A stretch of 64,000 nucleotides of DNA from an uncultured Dorea sp. (GTDB taxonomy: Bacteria; Bacillota; Clostridia; Lachnospirales; Lachnospiraceae), in contig CAJTZE010000002.1 of the NCBI GenBank assembly GCA_910584265.1, positions 4,161-68,160 of the forward strand. The letters are read 5' to 3'. Below are positions 20,984-31,521 of the stretch, one piece after another. The position numbers and the translations under genes were made by a program. The notes below the pieces were generated by a model. It ran no database searches and was not told the DNA's origin. It saw only the letters and a program-made list of their open reading frames with translations. The first letter of the stretch is position 1. Each line of letters begins with the position of its first letter.

Positions 20984-21038
20984 TATAAAAAATGGTATAC
21001 TTATCAGATAAGAATGTGATACGGATGGAGGTACGGCA

Positions 21039-21527
21039 ATGGGAACAAAAAGAGAGGATTATATCAGCTGGGATGAGTATTTTATGGGTGTTGCGATGCT
21101 GTCAGCGGCCCGCTCCAAGGATCCGAATACACAGGTCGGATGCTGTATTGTGAGCCAGGATAATAAGATTCTGTCCATGGGATATAATGGATTCCCGATG
21201 GGCTGTTCGGACGACTTATTTCCCTGGATCAGGGAGGATGAGGATGAGCTGAAGACCAAATATTTTTATACGGTACATAGCGAACTGAATGCAATCCTGA
21301 ATTACAGAGGAGGAAGCCTTGAGGGGGCGAAGCTGTATGTATCCCTTTTTCCATGTAATGAATGCGCTAAGGCAATTATCCAGAGCGGGATCAAGGAAGT
21401 CATCTATGACAGCAACAAATATGACGGCACCTCCCGGGTACAGGCATCCATGCGGATGTTTGATGCGGCAGGGGTGAACTACCACCAGTACCAGCGCACC
21501 GGAAGACGCATTGAGATTCAATTGTAG
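21039..21527 (+). CDS. dCMP deaminase family protein
   Basis: HSELNAI and PCNEC Zn motifs. Confidence 0.92.
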   Translation: MGTKREDYISWDEYFMGVAMLSAARSKDPNTQVGCCIVSQDNKILSMGYNGFPMGCSDDLFPWIREDEDELKTKYFYTVHSELNAILNYRGGSLEGAKLYVSLFPCNECAKAIIQSGIKEVIYDSNKYDGTSRVQASMRMFDAAGVNYHQYQRTGRRIEIQL

Positions 21528-22147
21528 GATTTTTCGTGTGCCGGAGGCCTGCAGGCTTCTTCGCATGAGCGGATGAATCCGGCGGAATCTTCGCAGGTCA
21601 TGAGGCCGCTCATAATGCAGGCTCCTGCGGCTCCTGCATTTCTTGCGAAGGAAATGTTGTCCGCCGTGATGCCGCCGATGGCGTATACAGGGATTGACAC
21701 GCTGTCACACAGGTCTTTCAAGAAGAGGATTCCTCTTCCCGGAAGACCTTTTTTGCAGTCTGTGTCAAATATATGGCCGGCGGTGATGTAGGTACAGCCA
21801 AGCTGCACAGCCAGCCGGGCATCCTCTATGGAGTGGCAGGAGGAGCCGATGTCCGTAAAGAATGCCTTCTCCTCATCAGACAGTGTACGGAGGACGGGGA
21901 GAGGCAGATGGATCTTACGGCAGCCAAGACGGATGGCTGTCCGGTGAAAGCTGTGGAGGATACAGGGGGTGTCCTGTGTCCGGCAGGACGCAAGGATTTT
22001 CCCGGCAAGAAAGGCATAGTCTGCTTCGGGTAAATCCTTTTCCCGGAGAATGATTCCGGCGGGATGAGCCGCCGCGATTTGTTCAATTCGTGTGAGAAAA
22101 TCTGCCCTGCACAGTTTCCGGTTTGTTACGCATAATATGTCAGACAT
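21518..22147 (-). CDS. Thiamine phosphate synthase family protein (ThiE/TenI-like)
   Basis: ILREK, SCHS, GHIFDTDCK and YAIGGI motifs; last gene of the thi operon. Confidence 0.8.
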   Translation of the reverse strand: MSDILCVTNRKLCRADFLTRIEQIAAAHPAGIILREKDLPEADYAFLAGKILASCRTQDTPCILHSFHRTAIRLGCRKIHLPLPVLRTLSDEEKAFFTDIGSSCHSIEDARLAVQLGCTYITAGHIFDTDCKKGLPGRGILFLKDLCDSVSIPVYAIGGITADNISFARNAGAAGACIMSGLMTCEDSAGFIRSCEEACRPPAHEKSYN

Positions 22148-23423
22148 AGAGATAATCATTCAGAACGGGCTGCAGGCCTTCATCAGTAATATCCTGATAC
22201 ACGGCATCAAGGCTTCTGCTGTCATCGATTTCAAACTGCTCGTCGCCTTTTGCGCCCGCCGGCTCCTTTCCGGTGTATTTGCTTTCGTGGTCGCCGATGC
22301 CGGTGGATACGCCTGCCGATACCTTTGTGGCGGCAATCTTTACGATGCCGTTGCGGAAAACGGCGCTTTCTCTGGAAGATACGGTAATCCCTGCAAAAGG
22401 CAGGAAAATGCGGTAGGCGCAGAGTACCTGGCAGAGCTGTTTCTCATGAACATCCAGCGGATTGATGTTGTCGTTATTGATAATAGGGCGGAGTCTTGGA
22501 CAGGAGAGGGACATCTCTGCGTGCGGATATTTCCGCTGCAGATAGTATACGTGCATTGCACTGGCAAGGGCATCCTTTCGGAAATCGGACAGGCCTAAAA
22601 GCGCGGAAAAGGATACGCCCCGCATACCGCCCATCAGCGCCCGCTCCTGCGCGTCAAACCGGTAAGGCCAGACCCGCTTGTGCCCCAGCAGATGAAGGGT
22701 CTCGTATTTGTCTCTGTCGTAGGTCTCCTGAAAAACGGTCACATAGTCTGCGCCGCATTCGTGAAGATAGCGGTATTCATCCGTATTGACCGGGTAAATT
22801 TCAAGTCCTGTCATACGGAAATATTTTCGGGCCAGCTTACATGCTTCCCCGATATAAGAAACACTGCTCTGTGTGCGGCTTTCTCCGGTGAGGATCAGAA
22901 TCTCCTCCATGCCGCTGTCTGCGATGACCTTCATTTCATGTTCAATCTGTTCCATAGTAAGCTTCATGCGCTTGATATGGTTATAACAGTTGAATCCACA
23001 GTAGACGCAGTAATTTTCGCAGTAATTGGCAATGTAGAGCGGTGTAAACAGATAAACGGTGTTTCCGAAATGCCTGCTGGTCTCCAGTCTGGCCCGTGCG
23101 GCCATCTGCTCCAGAAACGGATCTGCGGCGGGAGACAAAAGAGCTTTAAAATCTTCGATGGTGCAGGTATTGTGCTCCAGAGCGGCCTTGACATCTCTGG
23201 CGGTATATCTGGAAGGATCATAGGATTCAATCTGTGTCAGCACATTCCGGCATACATCGGAATGGATCTGTTCCATGCCGGGCAGATATTCCATATGGTT
23301 TTTCCGCGAGGAAGGATCCCGTTCCAGCCGGTGCTTCTTAGCAAGGGCTTTTGGTGGCAGCTGTTTGGAGTCAATGAAAAATTGATTTTCACTTTGTGGA
23401 GCTTTGATATTTGTGTGTTCCAT
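22140..23423 (-). CDS. thiH: 2-iminoacetate synthase (radical SAM)
   Basis: CENYCVYCGF radical SAM motif, FQETY, SAGVSTGIG, QFEIDD. Confidence 0.93.
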   Translation of the reverse strand: MEHTNIKAPQSENQFFIDSKQLPPKALAKKHRLERDPSSRKNHMEYLPGMEQIHSDVCRNVLTQIESYDPSRYTARDVKAALEHNTCTIEDFKALLSPAADPFLEQMAARARLETSRHFGNTVYLFTPLYIANYCENYCVYCGFNCYNHIKRMKLTMEQIEHEMKVIADSGMEEILILTGESRTQSSVSYIGEACKLARKYFRMTGLEIYPVNTDEYRYLHECGADYVTVFQETYDRDKYETLHLLGHKRVWPYRFDAQERALMGGMRGVSFSALLGLSDFRKDALASAMHVYYLQRKYPHAEMSLSCPRLRPIINNDNINPLDVHEKQLCQVLCAYRIFLPFAGITVSSRESAVFRNGIVKIAATKVSAGVSTGIGDHESKYTGKEPAGAKGDEQFEIDDSRSLDAVYQDITDEGLQPVLNDYLYV

Positions 23424-23434
23424 CGTTCCTCCTC

Positions 23435-24205
23435 CTAATCGCGCAGAAATCCGGTCAGCGGATCGGAAGAGGAGGCGCCGCGAGTCAGGATCCTGCCAAG
23501 GCCGGCAAGATAAGCATTCCGGCCGGCGTCAACTGCCTGCCGGAACGCACGTGCCATCTGCGGCAGGCTGCCTGCGGTGGCAAGGGCAGTATTTACCATC
23601 ACGGCGGCAGCGCCCATTTCCATGGCCCTGCAAGCCTGGGATGGACTGCCGAGGCCTGCGTCAACAATAATTGGAAGGTCAATTTCGTCAATGAGTATCT
23701 GAATGAAGTCTTCTGCGGCCAGTCCTCTGTTAGAGCCGATAGGAGAGGCGAGGGGCATCACAGCGGAGGCGCCTGCATTTACAAGGTCTCTGGCAGCGTA
23801 TAGATCCGGATACATATAAGGCATGACTACAAAGCCTTCCTTTGCCAGGATTTCTGCCGCGCGTATGGTTTCCTGATTGTCAGGGAGAAGATATTTGGAA
23901 TCCCGCATGATTTCAATCTTTATAAAATCTCCGCACCCAAGCTCCCTTGCAAGTCTGGCAATGCGCACGGCTTCTTCTGCATTTCTTGCGCCGCTGGTGT
24001 TGGGCAGGAGCGTGATGCCTTCCGGAATAAAGTCCAGAATGTTTTCCTGCTTTCCGGTGTTGGTGCGGCGGACTGCAAGAGTGATAATTTCAGCACCGGC
24101 ATCCCGGATAGCGGCCTCAATAAGCTTCAGGGAATATTTGCCGGAACCGAGGATAAAGCGGGAATGAAATTTATGGCCGCCGATGTTTAAGGTATCGTTA
24201 TTCAT
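23435..24205 (-). CDS. thiG: Thiazole synthase
   Basis: [24 protein letters not shown] motifs. Confidence 0.95.
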   Translation of the reverse strand: MNNDTLNIGGHKFHSRFILGSGKYSLKLIEAAIRDAGAEIITLAVRRTNTGKQENILDFIPEGITLLPNTSGARNAEEAVRIARLARELGCGDFIKIEIMRDSKYLLPDNQETIRAAEILAKEGFVVMPYMYPDLYAARDLVNAGASAVMPLASPIGSNRGLAAEDFIQILIDEIDLPIIVDAGLGSPSQACRAMEMGAAAVMVNTALATAGSLPQMARAFRQAVDAGRNAYLAGLGRILTRGASSSDPLTGFLRD

Positions 24206-24236
24206 AGTCTGTTCCTCTTTTGCTTCTATATTTTGG

Positions 24237-24875
24237 TTATACGTCGTATTCATATGCTAAAATCCGCAGTACGGTCTGCGCCTGATGGGCGGCGCAGAGC
24301 ATGACCCGGGGAGCCATAAGCTTCAGCCCCGCGGAAGTATCGCTGGACTGATCGCCGCAGAGATAGAAATGGTCTGTGATCCGGCGTGTCTGGATAGCAT
24401 TGGCGCTGCCAAGGCCTGCCATGCCGGAGGCGGCGATGAGGTATTTGTCCGGAAGATGCTCCAATACGGCATTGACCAGCATAGCTTTGGCTTCCGGCTG
24501 GTCAAAGGCTTCGCAGATGATGTCTGCGGAGGAGAGAAGTCTTGTAACATCATTTTCTTCTACTATACGGACGGTGTGGGTTTCCAGCTCAATGTAGGGC
24601 GCAATCTCCAGCAGATTATCAGAGAGAGCCTTTGTTTTGTCAAGCCCTACTTGGGCGGCCTTGTACTGCTGGCGGTGGAGATTGGAGATGTCCACCTGGT
24701 CGAAGTCGATCAGGATCAGCCTTCCGACACCTGCCCGGGCAAGGGAAACTGCGATGTTAGAGCCAAGGCCGCCAAGACCGCAGATAGCCGCCGAGGCGGC
24801 AGAAAAACGGGCATGCAGAGCTTCGCCGTGCCGTTCTTTTAAAGCATTAAAATATTCTTCTCTGGTTGGGGTCAT
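24237..24875 (-). CDS. thiF: ThiS adenylyltransferase
   Basis: [20 protein letters not shown]. Confidence 0.92.
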   Translation of the reverse strand: MTPTREEYFNALKERHGEALHARFSAASAAICGLGGLGSNIAVSLARAGVGRLILIDFDQVDISNLHRQQYKAAQVGLDKTKALSDNLLEIAPYIELETHTVRIVEENDVTRLLSSADIICEAFDQPEAKAMLVNAVLEHLPDKYLIAASGMAGLGSANAIQTRRITDHFYLCGDQSSDTSAGLKLMAPRVMLCAAHQAQTVLRILAYEYDV

Positions 24876-24876
24876 A

Positions 24877-25071
24877 TCAGCCGCCTCCTACAAAACTGAC
24901 TACTTCAAGGGTGTCGCCGTCTGCAAGTATGGTTTCCTCATACTGCGCTCTGGGAACGATTGCTCCGTTTCTTTCTACGGCGATCCGGCTGATCTTAAAT
25001 CCGGCTGAACCTAAATAATCTGCAAGCGGTGTCCCTGCAATATCCAGAAGTGTTCCGTTAATTTTCACCAT
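24877..25071 (-). CDS. thiS: Sulfur carrier protein
   Basis: 64 aa, ends VSFVGGG; RBS GGAGG. Confidence 0.93.
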   Translation of the reverse strand: MVKINGTLLDIAGTPLADYLGSAGFKISRIAVERNGAIVPRAQYEETILADGDTLEVVSFVGGG

Positions 25072-25084
25072 AATATATTCCTCC

Positions 25085-25225
25085 AAAAAACGGGAGATAC
25101 CCGATTTGGTATCTCCCGTCTGCATGTGATTCCTGGTGTTCCCTACGTTGGCATTATCCAAATCAGGTTTACGGTCGAAGGTGCCGCCTTCCTCTCAGCC
25201 TGTCCCACAAGCTCCCGTCATATGT
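25085..25225 (-). ncRNA. TPP riboswitch with intrinsic terminator
   Basis: Minus strand GGGAGC...GGCTGAGAG...ACCTGATTTGGATAATGCCAACGTAGGGAA; terminator ACGGGAGATACC/GGTATCTCCCGT plus T-run; upstream of thiS. Confidence 0.93.
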
Positions 25226-25240
25226 AACTGTTGACATTTA

Positions 25241-25268
25241 TTCTATGCTTTTTTATCCAAAAAGTCAA
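25241..25268 (-). promoter_or_regulatory. SigA promoter of the thi operon
   Basis: TTGACT-17 nt-TAGAAT on the minus strand (approximate limits). Confidence 0.65.
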
Positions 25269-25332
25269 CAGTCTGTATAAATGGCGGACGGAATGAATAT
25301 ATGTATAAAAAGGACAAAGGGGAGCGGAGATT

Positions 25333-25542
25333 ATGCAGGAAGGGAGACCGGGATTTATTGTTAACTTTCTGATTCGTGCGCTTGTGGGGATGGCCTTGAT
25401 TTTCTTTGTAAATGAATTTCTTTCTTCTCGTGGGATAGATGCGGCGGTCGGATTCAATGCTGTAACTCTTTTGACATCTGGAACTCTTGGAATTCCCGGG
25501 GTTGCACTGCTTTATGGTATTGTTTTTTATCGTATTTTGTGA
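25333..25542 (+). CDS. bofA: Pro-sigmaK processing inhibitor BofA family
   Basis: Small two-TM protein with N...GTLGIPGV motif. Confidence 0.8.
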   Translation: MQEGRPGFIVNFLIRALVGMALIFFVNEFLSSRGIDAAVGFNAVTLLTSGTLGIPGVALLYGIVFYRIL

Positions 25543-25578
25543 AAAATATACAAAGTTTACATAGTTTAAAAAAAGGTA

Positions 25579-25607
25579 TGGACATTTGTACGATGTGGGG
25601 ATATAAT
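25579..25607 (+). promoter_or_regulatory. SigA promoter of the tad operon
   Basis: TGGACA-17 nt-TATAAT, with the -10 flanked by an 11-bp inverted repeat. Confidence 0.7.
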
Positions 25608-25799
25608 ACATCGTACAAGTTGCCATAACTTGTATCTGATTAGTTGAATCTTGTTGAAAATCTGAACATGTTTCGTAATTCAGGCCGTATCGGCCGCGAA
25701 TTCAAAACAGCAAAACAGAAAATTGTTTTCGAGACAGAAAGGGGGATTGTTTTTAAATTATTTTTGATTATGTAAATTAAGAAAGACAGGAGGTTATAG

Positions 25800-26765
25800 G
25801 TGGGCAGTAAGAATTTGGTCATCTGCGACAGGGAGCTGGACTTTGCATCCCGGCTGGCAGATTATCTTGGAGGAAAGAAGGAGCTTGCCCTTCAGGTAAA
25901 GCTGTGCGGCAGCCCGGAGCAGGTGGAAGCAGTCCGCAGGGAGACAGCAGTGGATATTCTTTTGGCAGATGAAGAGATCCGATTTACAGAGGGGGAGCTT
26001 GCAGGTATCCCGAAGGTTGTGCGCCTGTCAGCTTCGCCGGTAGAAGCGGGATCTCCGGTATGCAGGATTTTCCGCTATCAGCCGGGTGATGATATATATA
26101 CGCATCTGGTTGAAGCCTTAGCGGAAGGAGGAATGGGGGAGCTCTGGAATGTCAGGAAAAAAGAGAGTGGGAGATTAATTGGGATCTATTCGCCGGTCCA
26201 CAGAGCAGGACAGACTGCCTTTGCACTTGAAAAAGGGATGGAGCTGGCAGAGACATCGAACGTCTTGTATGTGAATTTGGAGCCCTACGCCGGAATTGGA
26301 GGTTATTTTCCAGAGGAGGAAAAGAGGAATCTGTCGATGCTTCTTTACTATGCCAAGCAGGAGATGGGAAATCCCGGCCTGCTGATCACAACGCTGGTGA
26401 AGCAGATGAAGGGAATGGATTACATTCCGCCGGTTATCTTTCCGGAAGATATCAGGACCGTGACGGCATCGGAATGGGTGAAGCTATTTGGGGAAATTCT
26501 AAACCGCAGTATTTATGATGTGGTGATTCTGGATCTGGGGGATAGTGTTCAGGGGCTGTTTGACATTTTGGAGATCTGCGACACGATCTACATGCCTGTG
26601 GCAGATGACCGTCCAGCTGTCTCAAAGATTTATCAGTTTGAAGAGGTACTGTGCCGTCAGGGGTACGGCGAGGTTTGGGAAAGGATGATTCGCTGTGATA
26701 TCAGAAGAACAGCTAAAGACAAAGATTCTCGGACAGATGGATCTGTCCAGAGAGGTAGAGGATGA
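25800..26765 (+). CDS. TadZ/CpaE-like protein (receiver-like N-terminus plus degenerate MinD/ParA domain)
   Basis: IGIYSPVHRAGQT deviant Walker A, YDVVILDLG; first gene of the tad cluster. Confidence 0.7.
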   Translation: MGSKNLVICDRELDFASRLADYLGGKKELALQVKLCGSPEQVEAVRRETAVDILLADEEIRFTEGELAGIPKVVRLSASPVEAGSPVCRIFRYQPGDDIYTHLVEALAEGGMGELWNVRKKESGRLIGIYSPVHRAGQTAFALEKGMELAETSNVLYVNLEPYAGIGGYFPEEEKRNLSMLLYYAKQEMGNPGLLITTLVKQMKGMDYIPPVIFPEDIRTVTASEWVKLFGEILNRSIYDVVILDLGDSVQGLFDILEICDTIYMPVADDRPAVSKIYQFEEVLCRQGYGEVWERMIRCDIRRTAKDKDSRTDGSVQRGRG

Positions 26766-27906
26766 GGAACTGCAGGAGTTGATCTTCCGGGTGCTTGAGG
26801 AAGAGAGCAGGGGAGAATACATTCCGCTGGAGGCCAGAGCAAGGCTTGGGAGAGAATTATTCAATGCCTTCCGCAAGCTGGATCTTCTACAGGAGCTGAT
26901 AGAGGACGAGGACATAACAGAGATTATGATTAATGGAGTCCAGAATATTTTTGTGGAGAAGCAGGGGAGATTGTATCTGACGGACAGGCGCTTTTTGTCC
27001 AGAGAGAAGCTGGAGGATGTGATCCAGCAGATCGTGGCAGGAACCAACCGTCTGGTGAATGAGGCATCGCCGATCGTGGATACCAGGCTTCCGGACGGCT
27101 CCCGCGTCAATGTAGTGCTTTATCCGGTGGCGTTAAACGGGCCGATTGTTACCATCCGGAAGTTTCCGAAGGAGCAGATGACTATGGGGCGCCTGACGGC
27201 GCTGGGGGCATTGAGCGCGGAGCTTGCAGGGGCTTTGAAGAAGCTGGTGGAGGCAGGCTATAACATTTTTATCAGCGGCGGTACCGGTTCGGGAAAGACG
27301 ACGATGCTGAACGCCCTGTCCCAGTATATTCCGAAGGATGAGAGGATTATCACAATTGAGGACAATGCAGAGCTGCAGATTCTGGATGTGCCGAATCTGG
27401 TCAGACTGGAGGCCCGCAATGCGAATGTAGAAGGAACAGGTGAAATTACAATCCGTGATCTGATCCGCTCGGCGCTGCGTATGCGGCCGAACCGGGTCAT
27501 CGTTGGGGAGGTGAGAGGGTCTGAGACGATTGACATGCTGCAGGCGATGTCTACCGGGCATAAGGGGAGTCTCAGCACCGGGCACTCGGACAGCCCGAAG
27601 GATATGCTGCGCCGTCTGGAGACGATGGTACTAATGGGAATGGATATTCCGCTGGCGGCGATCCAGCGTCAGATTGCGTCGGCAATTGATATTATTATCC
27701 ATATTGGAAGATTGTGGGATAAGAGTAGGAAGGTACTGGAGGTAGTAGAGGTGCTGGATTACAATGGAGAGGAGATTGATACCAGAGTTTTGTACCGTTT
27801 TGAAGAGACAGAGAGAAGAGGGGAGCGGGTAATTGGTGAATGGAAAAAGGTTCAGGATATTACAAATACGGCAAAATTACTTTCGGCAGGATATACAGCG
27901 CTCTGA
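26695..27906 (+). CDS. cpaF: CpaF/TadA pilus assembly ATPase
   Basis: GGTGSGKTT, TIEDNAEL, RMRPNRVIVGEVRG. Confidence 0.95.
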   Translation: MISEEQLKTKILGQMDLSREVEDEELQELIFRVLEEESRGEYIPLEARARLGRELFNAFRKLDLLQELIEDEDITEIMINGVQNIFVEKQGRLYLTDRRFLSREKLEDVIQQIVAGTNRLVNEASPIVDTRLPDGSRVNVVLYPVALNGPIVTIRKFPKEQMTMGRLTALGALSAELAGALKKLVEAGYNIFISGGTGSGKTTMLNALSQYIPKDERIITIEDNAELQILDVPNLVRLEARNANVEGTGEITIRDLIRSALRMRPNRVIVGEVRGSETIDMLQAMSTGHKGSLSTGHSDSPKDMLRRLETMVLMGMDIPLAAIQRQIASAIDIIIHIGRLWDKSRKVLEVVEVLDYNGEEIDTRVLYRFEETERRGERVIGEWKKVQDITNTAKLLSAGYTAL

Positions 27907-28609
27907 GTATGCCGTGGCGGCAGTGCGGACGCTGGGGCTTCTGGCGCTGGTTTCTTATCTGTTTTATGAATCGATTGCGGCGTTTTTTATACTGCTGCCC
28001 TTTGGAGTATGGTTTTTCCTCCGGTGGGAGGCAGAGTGCATCGAAAAAAAGCAGAGAGAATTTCAGGCTCAGTTCCGAGAGGCAATCCAGTCTATATCTG
28101 CGTCTATGCGGGCGGGTTATTCCGTGGAGAATGCCATAAAGGAGACGAAGCGGGATCTAAGCCTTTTGTATAAGGAAAATGCGGCAATCCAGCGGGAGTT
28201 TACCCATATGGTACGGCAGATCTATCTACAGGTACCGATGGAGCAGATCATGGAGGAATGGTCCGGGCGGGTAGAACAGGAGGATGTGAGAAATTTTGTC
28301 AATGTATTTGTGATGGCGAAGAAGAGCGGAGGCAATATGCTTGGGATTATCGGAACCACGACCAGACAGATCCGGGACAAGCTGGAGGTCCGGGCAGAGA
28401 TCGAGACGATGCTTGCGGCCAGAAAGTATGAATTTAAAATAATGTCAGCGATTCCCTTTGGGATGATCGCCTATATGAAGGTAAGCTTTCCCGAATTTAT
28501 GGGGATCCTGTATGGGAATCTGCTGGGAATCGGGGTGATGAGCGTATGTTTGGGAATTTATTTCGGCGCATATATGCTTGGGGAAAGGATTGTAAATATC
28601 GAAGTATGA
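27833..28609 (+). CDS. tadB: TadB-like (T2SSF) membrane protein
   Basis: SMRAGYSVENA, KKSGGN, TMs; position after cpaF. Confidence 0.8.
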   Translation: MVNGKRFRILQIRQNYFRQDIQRSEYAVAAVRTLGLLALVSYLFYESIAAFFILLPFGVWFFLRWEAECIEKKQREFQAQFREAIQSISASMRAGYSVENAIKETKRDLSLLYKENAAIQREFTHMVRQIYLQVPMEQIMEEWSGRVEQEDVRNFVNVFVMAKKSGGNMLGIIGTTTRQIRDKLEVRAEIETMLAARKYEFKIMSAIPFGMIAYMKVSFPEFMGILYGNLLGIGVMSVCLGIYFGAYMLGERIVNIEV

Positions 28610-29820
28610 TGGGGGTTACGCTTGTGCTGACTGCGGGGCTGGCAGCAGGCCTTCTGGTAACCGATAAGAAGGAATCAGCCGGACTGGTAACAGAGATCCG
28701 TAGAAATGACTATGGAGGCGGTAGTGCCGTTCATTCGCTTCAGGTTACGATTGACGGAAAAGAGCAGGAGGATTCCCTTGAAATTAATGTGGAGGAAAAG
28801 CGTTACACAAAAGAGGAAATAAACAGAGTTTTTGATCAGGCGCTTAAGAAGCTTGAACCGGCAATGCTGGGAAAGAATATCAGTCTTGATGAGGTGCGTT
28901 CGGATTTAAATCTCGTAACGGAGATACCGGGAGAGCCGGTGGAAGTTTCATGGGAGCTCGACCGCTATGATCTGATGACCATTTACGGGGAATTAAATGA
29001 AGAGGAGCTTGAGGAAGAGCCGGAGGGAGCGTTGGTGAACCTAAAAGCTTATCTTACATATACGGAAGACGAGAGCATGCAGGTATTGGAGAAAATGAGC
29101 GCAAGGGTATATCCTCCAAAGCTGTCAGGAACAGAGAGACAGGCGGCGCAGGTGAAACGGGCAATTGCAGAGGAAGAGGAACGCAGCCGGGAGGAGGACG
29201 TATTGAAGCTTCCCGGTGAGGTGGACGGCAGAAAGATAGAGCTCCGCAATCCAGATAATCCCAGAGGATGGTATGTCCTGATCCTGGGGCCGGTCATCTG
29301 TCTGCTGCTTGTGAGCCTGCAGAAGCAGAATGAACAGAAGGAGAAGGAAGCCAGAGAGAGGCAGATGATGCTGGATTATCCGGAAATTATGAATAAGCTG
29401 ACCCTTCTGATTGGCGCAGGAATGACGGTGAAAAAGGCATGGGTGAAGATCGTACAGGATTATGAGAAGCAGAAAGACAGGCTGGGCATCCGGTATGCCT
29501 ATGAAGAAATGGCAGCGGCATGCCGCGAGATGCAGAGCGGAGTTGCTGAGATAGAGAGCTATGAGCGGTTTGGCAGGAGATGCGGTATGAATGCGTACCG
29601 GAAGCTTGCAAGTCTTCTGGAACAGAATCTGCGCAAAGGGACGAAAGGGCTTACAGCCCTTTTGGGAACGGAATCCGAGCAGGCGTTTGAGGAGAGAAAA
29701 GCATCGGCAAAGCGGCGGGGAGAGGAAGCCGGAACGAAGCTGCTTGCACCTATGTTCTTTATGCTGGCAATGGTACTTGTGATTGTCATTATTCCTGCAT
29801 TTTTGTCCATACAGACATAG
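28606..29820 (+). CDS. tadC: TadC-like membrane protein with extracellular domain
   Basis: LLIGAGMT, QNLRKG, GEEAGTKLLAPM; ATGA overlap with tadB. Confidence 0.8.
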   Translation: MMGVTLVLTAGLAAGLLVTDKKESAGLVTEIRRNDYGGGSAVHSLQVTIDGKEQEDSLEINVEEKRYTKEEINRVFDQALKKLEPAMLGKNISLDEVRSDLNLVTEIPGEPVEVSWELDRYDLMTIYGELNEEELEEEPEGALVNLKAYLTYTEDESMQVLEKMSARVYPPKLSGTERQAAQVKRAIAEEEERSREEDVLKLPGEVDGRKIELRNPDNPRGWYVLILGPVICLLLVSLQKQNEQKEKEARERQMMLDYPEIMNKLTLLIGAGMTVKKAWVKIVQDYEKQKDRLGIRYAYEEMAAACREMQSGVAEIESYERFGRRCGMNAYRKLASLLEQNLRKGTKGLTALLGTESEQAFEERKASAKRRGEEAGTKLLAPMFFMLAMVLVIVIIPAFLSIQT

Positions 29821-29854
29821 AAAGAATGAGAAAGAAAAGGAGAGAATAACAAAT

Positions 29855-30055
29855 ATGGGAATGCTAATGTGGAAAATGAGGATGGCTGGGCAGAGGATTA
29901 AGGAGCGGCTGGAGGATGAACAGGGGATCGGGGTCGTAGAGGTAATCCTGATTCTGGTGGTTTTGATCGGTCTGGTAATTATCTTTAAATCTCAGCTGAC
30001 CAGCCTTGTGAATACGATTTTTGAGAAGATTACCAGTGAGAGTGCGGGAATCTAA
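29855..30055 (+). CDS. Flp1-family type IVb pilin
   Basis: EDEQG|IGVVEVILILVVLIGL class III signal with E+5; 66 aa. Confidence 0.88.
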   Translation: MGMLMWKMRMAGQRIKERLEDEQGIGVVEVILILVVLIGLVIIFKSQLTSLVNTIFEKITSESAGI

Positions 30056-31421
30056 GCGGGGAGAGGTCACGGCGTTTCTGGCATTGATTTTTGTGCTGCT
30101 GGTATCCTTTGTGGGAAGCCTGATGGAGAGTGCATCCCTGCAGTCTGCCAAGAGTTACCGCAGAGCCGATATGAACCGGGCGGTGGAATCGGTTTTTGCA
30201 GAATACCAGAGGGAGCTTCTGGAGGAGTTTGAAGTGTTTGCCCTGGACGGGGGATATGAAAGCGGCAGCTACAGTGAGCAGAAGGTCTTTGACAGGCTTT
30301 CCTATTATGGGGCTTCCGGCATGGAACAGCAGATGAAGAGAGTCCAGCTTCTAACGGATAAAAATGGACAGGCATTTTTGGAGCAGATTGCGTATTTTAT
30401 AGAAAATAAGTACGGGCTGGGGTCTCTGAACAATCTGCTGGGAAGCATGAGTGACTGGGAGGGACAGGAAGAAACTGCCGGTCAGTTTCAGCAGACAGAG
30501 GAGTCCCTGTACCAGGAATTGTCCGGGATGCTGACAGACAACGAGCTGGAGCTTCCTGCAGAGGATAATCCTCTTCCAAATATGCAGCGCCTTGCCTCTA
30601 CGCCATTAGTGGAGCTGGTTATGCCGAAGGATAAGCAGGTATCGGATAAGTCGGCGGCTGCAGACGGACTGGTATCTCATAGGAGCTTAAGATGCGGATA
30701 TGGAGATTTCTCTGACGTGGCGGAACCGGCCGAGCTGTCTAAGATTGCCCTCGGAGAATATATCCTGACACACTTTTCTTCGGCGGCGGACAGGGGAGAG
30801 AACGGCGGGACGGGGGCGCTGGATTATGAGACGGAGTATATTCTGTCGGGAAAGGGCAGTGATAGAGAAAACCTGGAAGCTGTCTTGAAGAAGCTCGTGA
30901 CCCTGCGGTTTGTTCCGAACTATATCTATTTACAGGGAGATGCCGGCAAGCGGGCGGAAGCACAGGCGTTAGCGTTTACACTGTGTACGCTTATAGCATT
31001 TCCGGCGGCAGCGGATGCGTTGACACAGGTACTATTGCTCGCGTGGGCATTTGGCGAAAGCATTATGGATCTTCGGTCTTTGATGAAGGGCTCTGGTGTG
31101 CCGCTCACAAAGACTGCTGAGAGCTGGCAGCTGTCCCTTTCGGGGCTGATGAATCTTGGCTCACAGGAGACAGAGCAGGAAGGTGCGGATACTCCCGGCG
31201 GGATGAAGTATGAAGAGTATCTGAGAGTGCTTTTGTTTCTGAATCATAAGCGGGAGATGCCGCTCCGGGTACTGGACATGGTCGAGTTATGCCTCAGGCA
31301 GGAAAAAGGACTGTCCTGGTTCCGGGCGGATGACTGTATCAGCAGAATGGAAATTGTTTCAACAGTCAGCCTGCGCAGAGGGATCACATACCGTTTCGGT
31401 ACCTATTATGGGTATCGATAG
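30021..31421 (+). CDS. DUF5702/TadG-like pilus-associated protein (start uncertain)
   Basis: RG|EVTAFLAL prepilin-like N-terminus, YETEYILSG, YEEYLRVLL. Confidence 0.7.
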   Translation: MRRLPVRVRESKRGEVTAFLALIFVLLVSFVGSLMESASLQSAKSYRRADMNRAVESVFAEYQRELLEEFEVFALDGGYESGSYSEQKVFDRLSYYGASGMEQQMKRVQLLTDKNGQAFLEQIAYFIENKYGLGSLNNLLGSMSDWEGQEETAGQFQQTEESLYQELSGMLTDNELELPAEDNPLPNMQRLASTPLVELVMPKDKQVSDKSAAADGLVSHRSLRCGYGDFSDVAEPAELSKIALGEYILTHFSSAADRGENGGTGALDYETEYILSGKGSDRENLEAVLKKLVTLRFVPNYIYLQGDAGKRAEAQALAFTLCTLIAFPAAADALTQVLLLAWAFGESIMDLRSLMKGSGVPLTKTAESWQLSLSGLMNLGSQETEQEGADTPGGMKYEEYLRVLLFLNHKREMPLRVLDMVELCLRQEKGLSWFRADDCISRMEIVSTVSLRRGITYRFGTYYGYR

Positions 31422-31521
31422 CGGCGGCCGTCTGCAGTCCGGAAAGACAGAAGGATGCTCTTTTGGAGAATCGTCAAATGATACCTAACATCCAAATTTG
31501 TTCAGAAAGGAGCGATTACTT

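Noticed and set aside
25586..25618. tad promoter inverted repeat as an invertible -10 element
   Set aside because: An 11-bp interval is too short for recombinase-mediated inversion, and the arms do not resemble the IRL/IRR sites.
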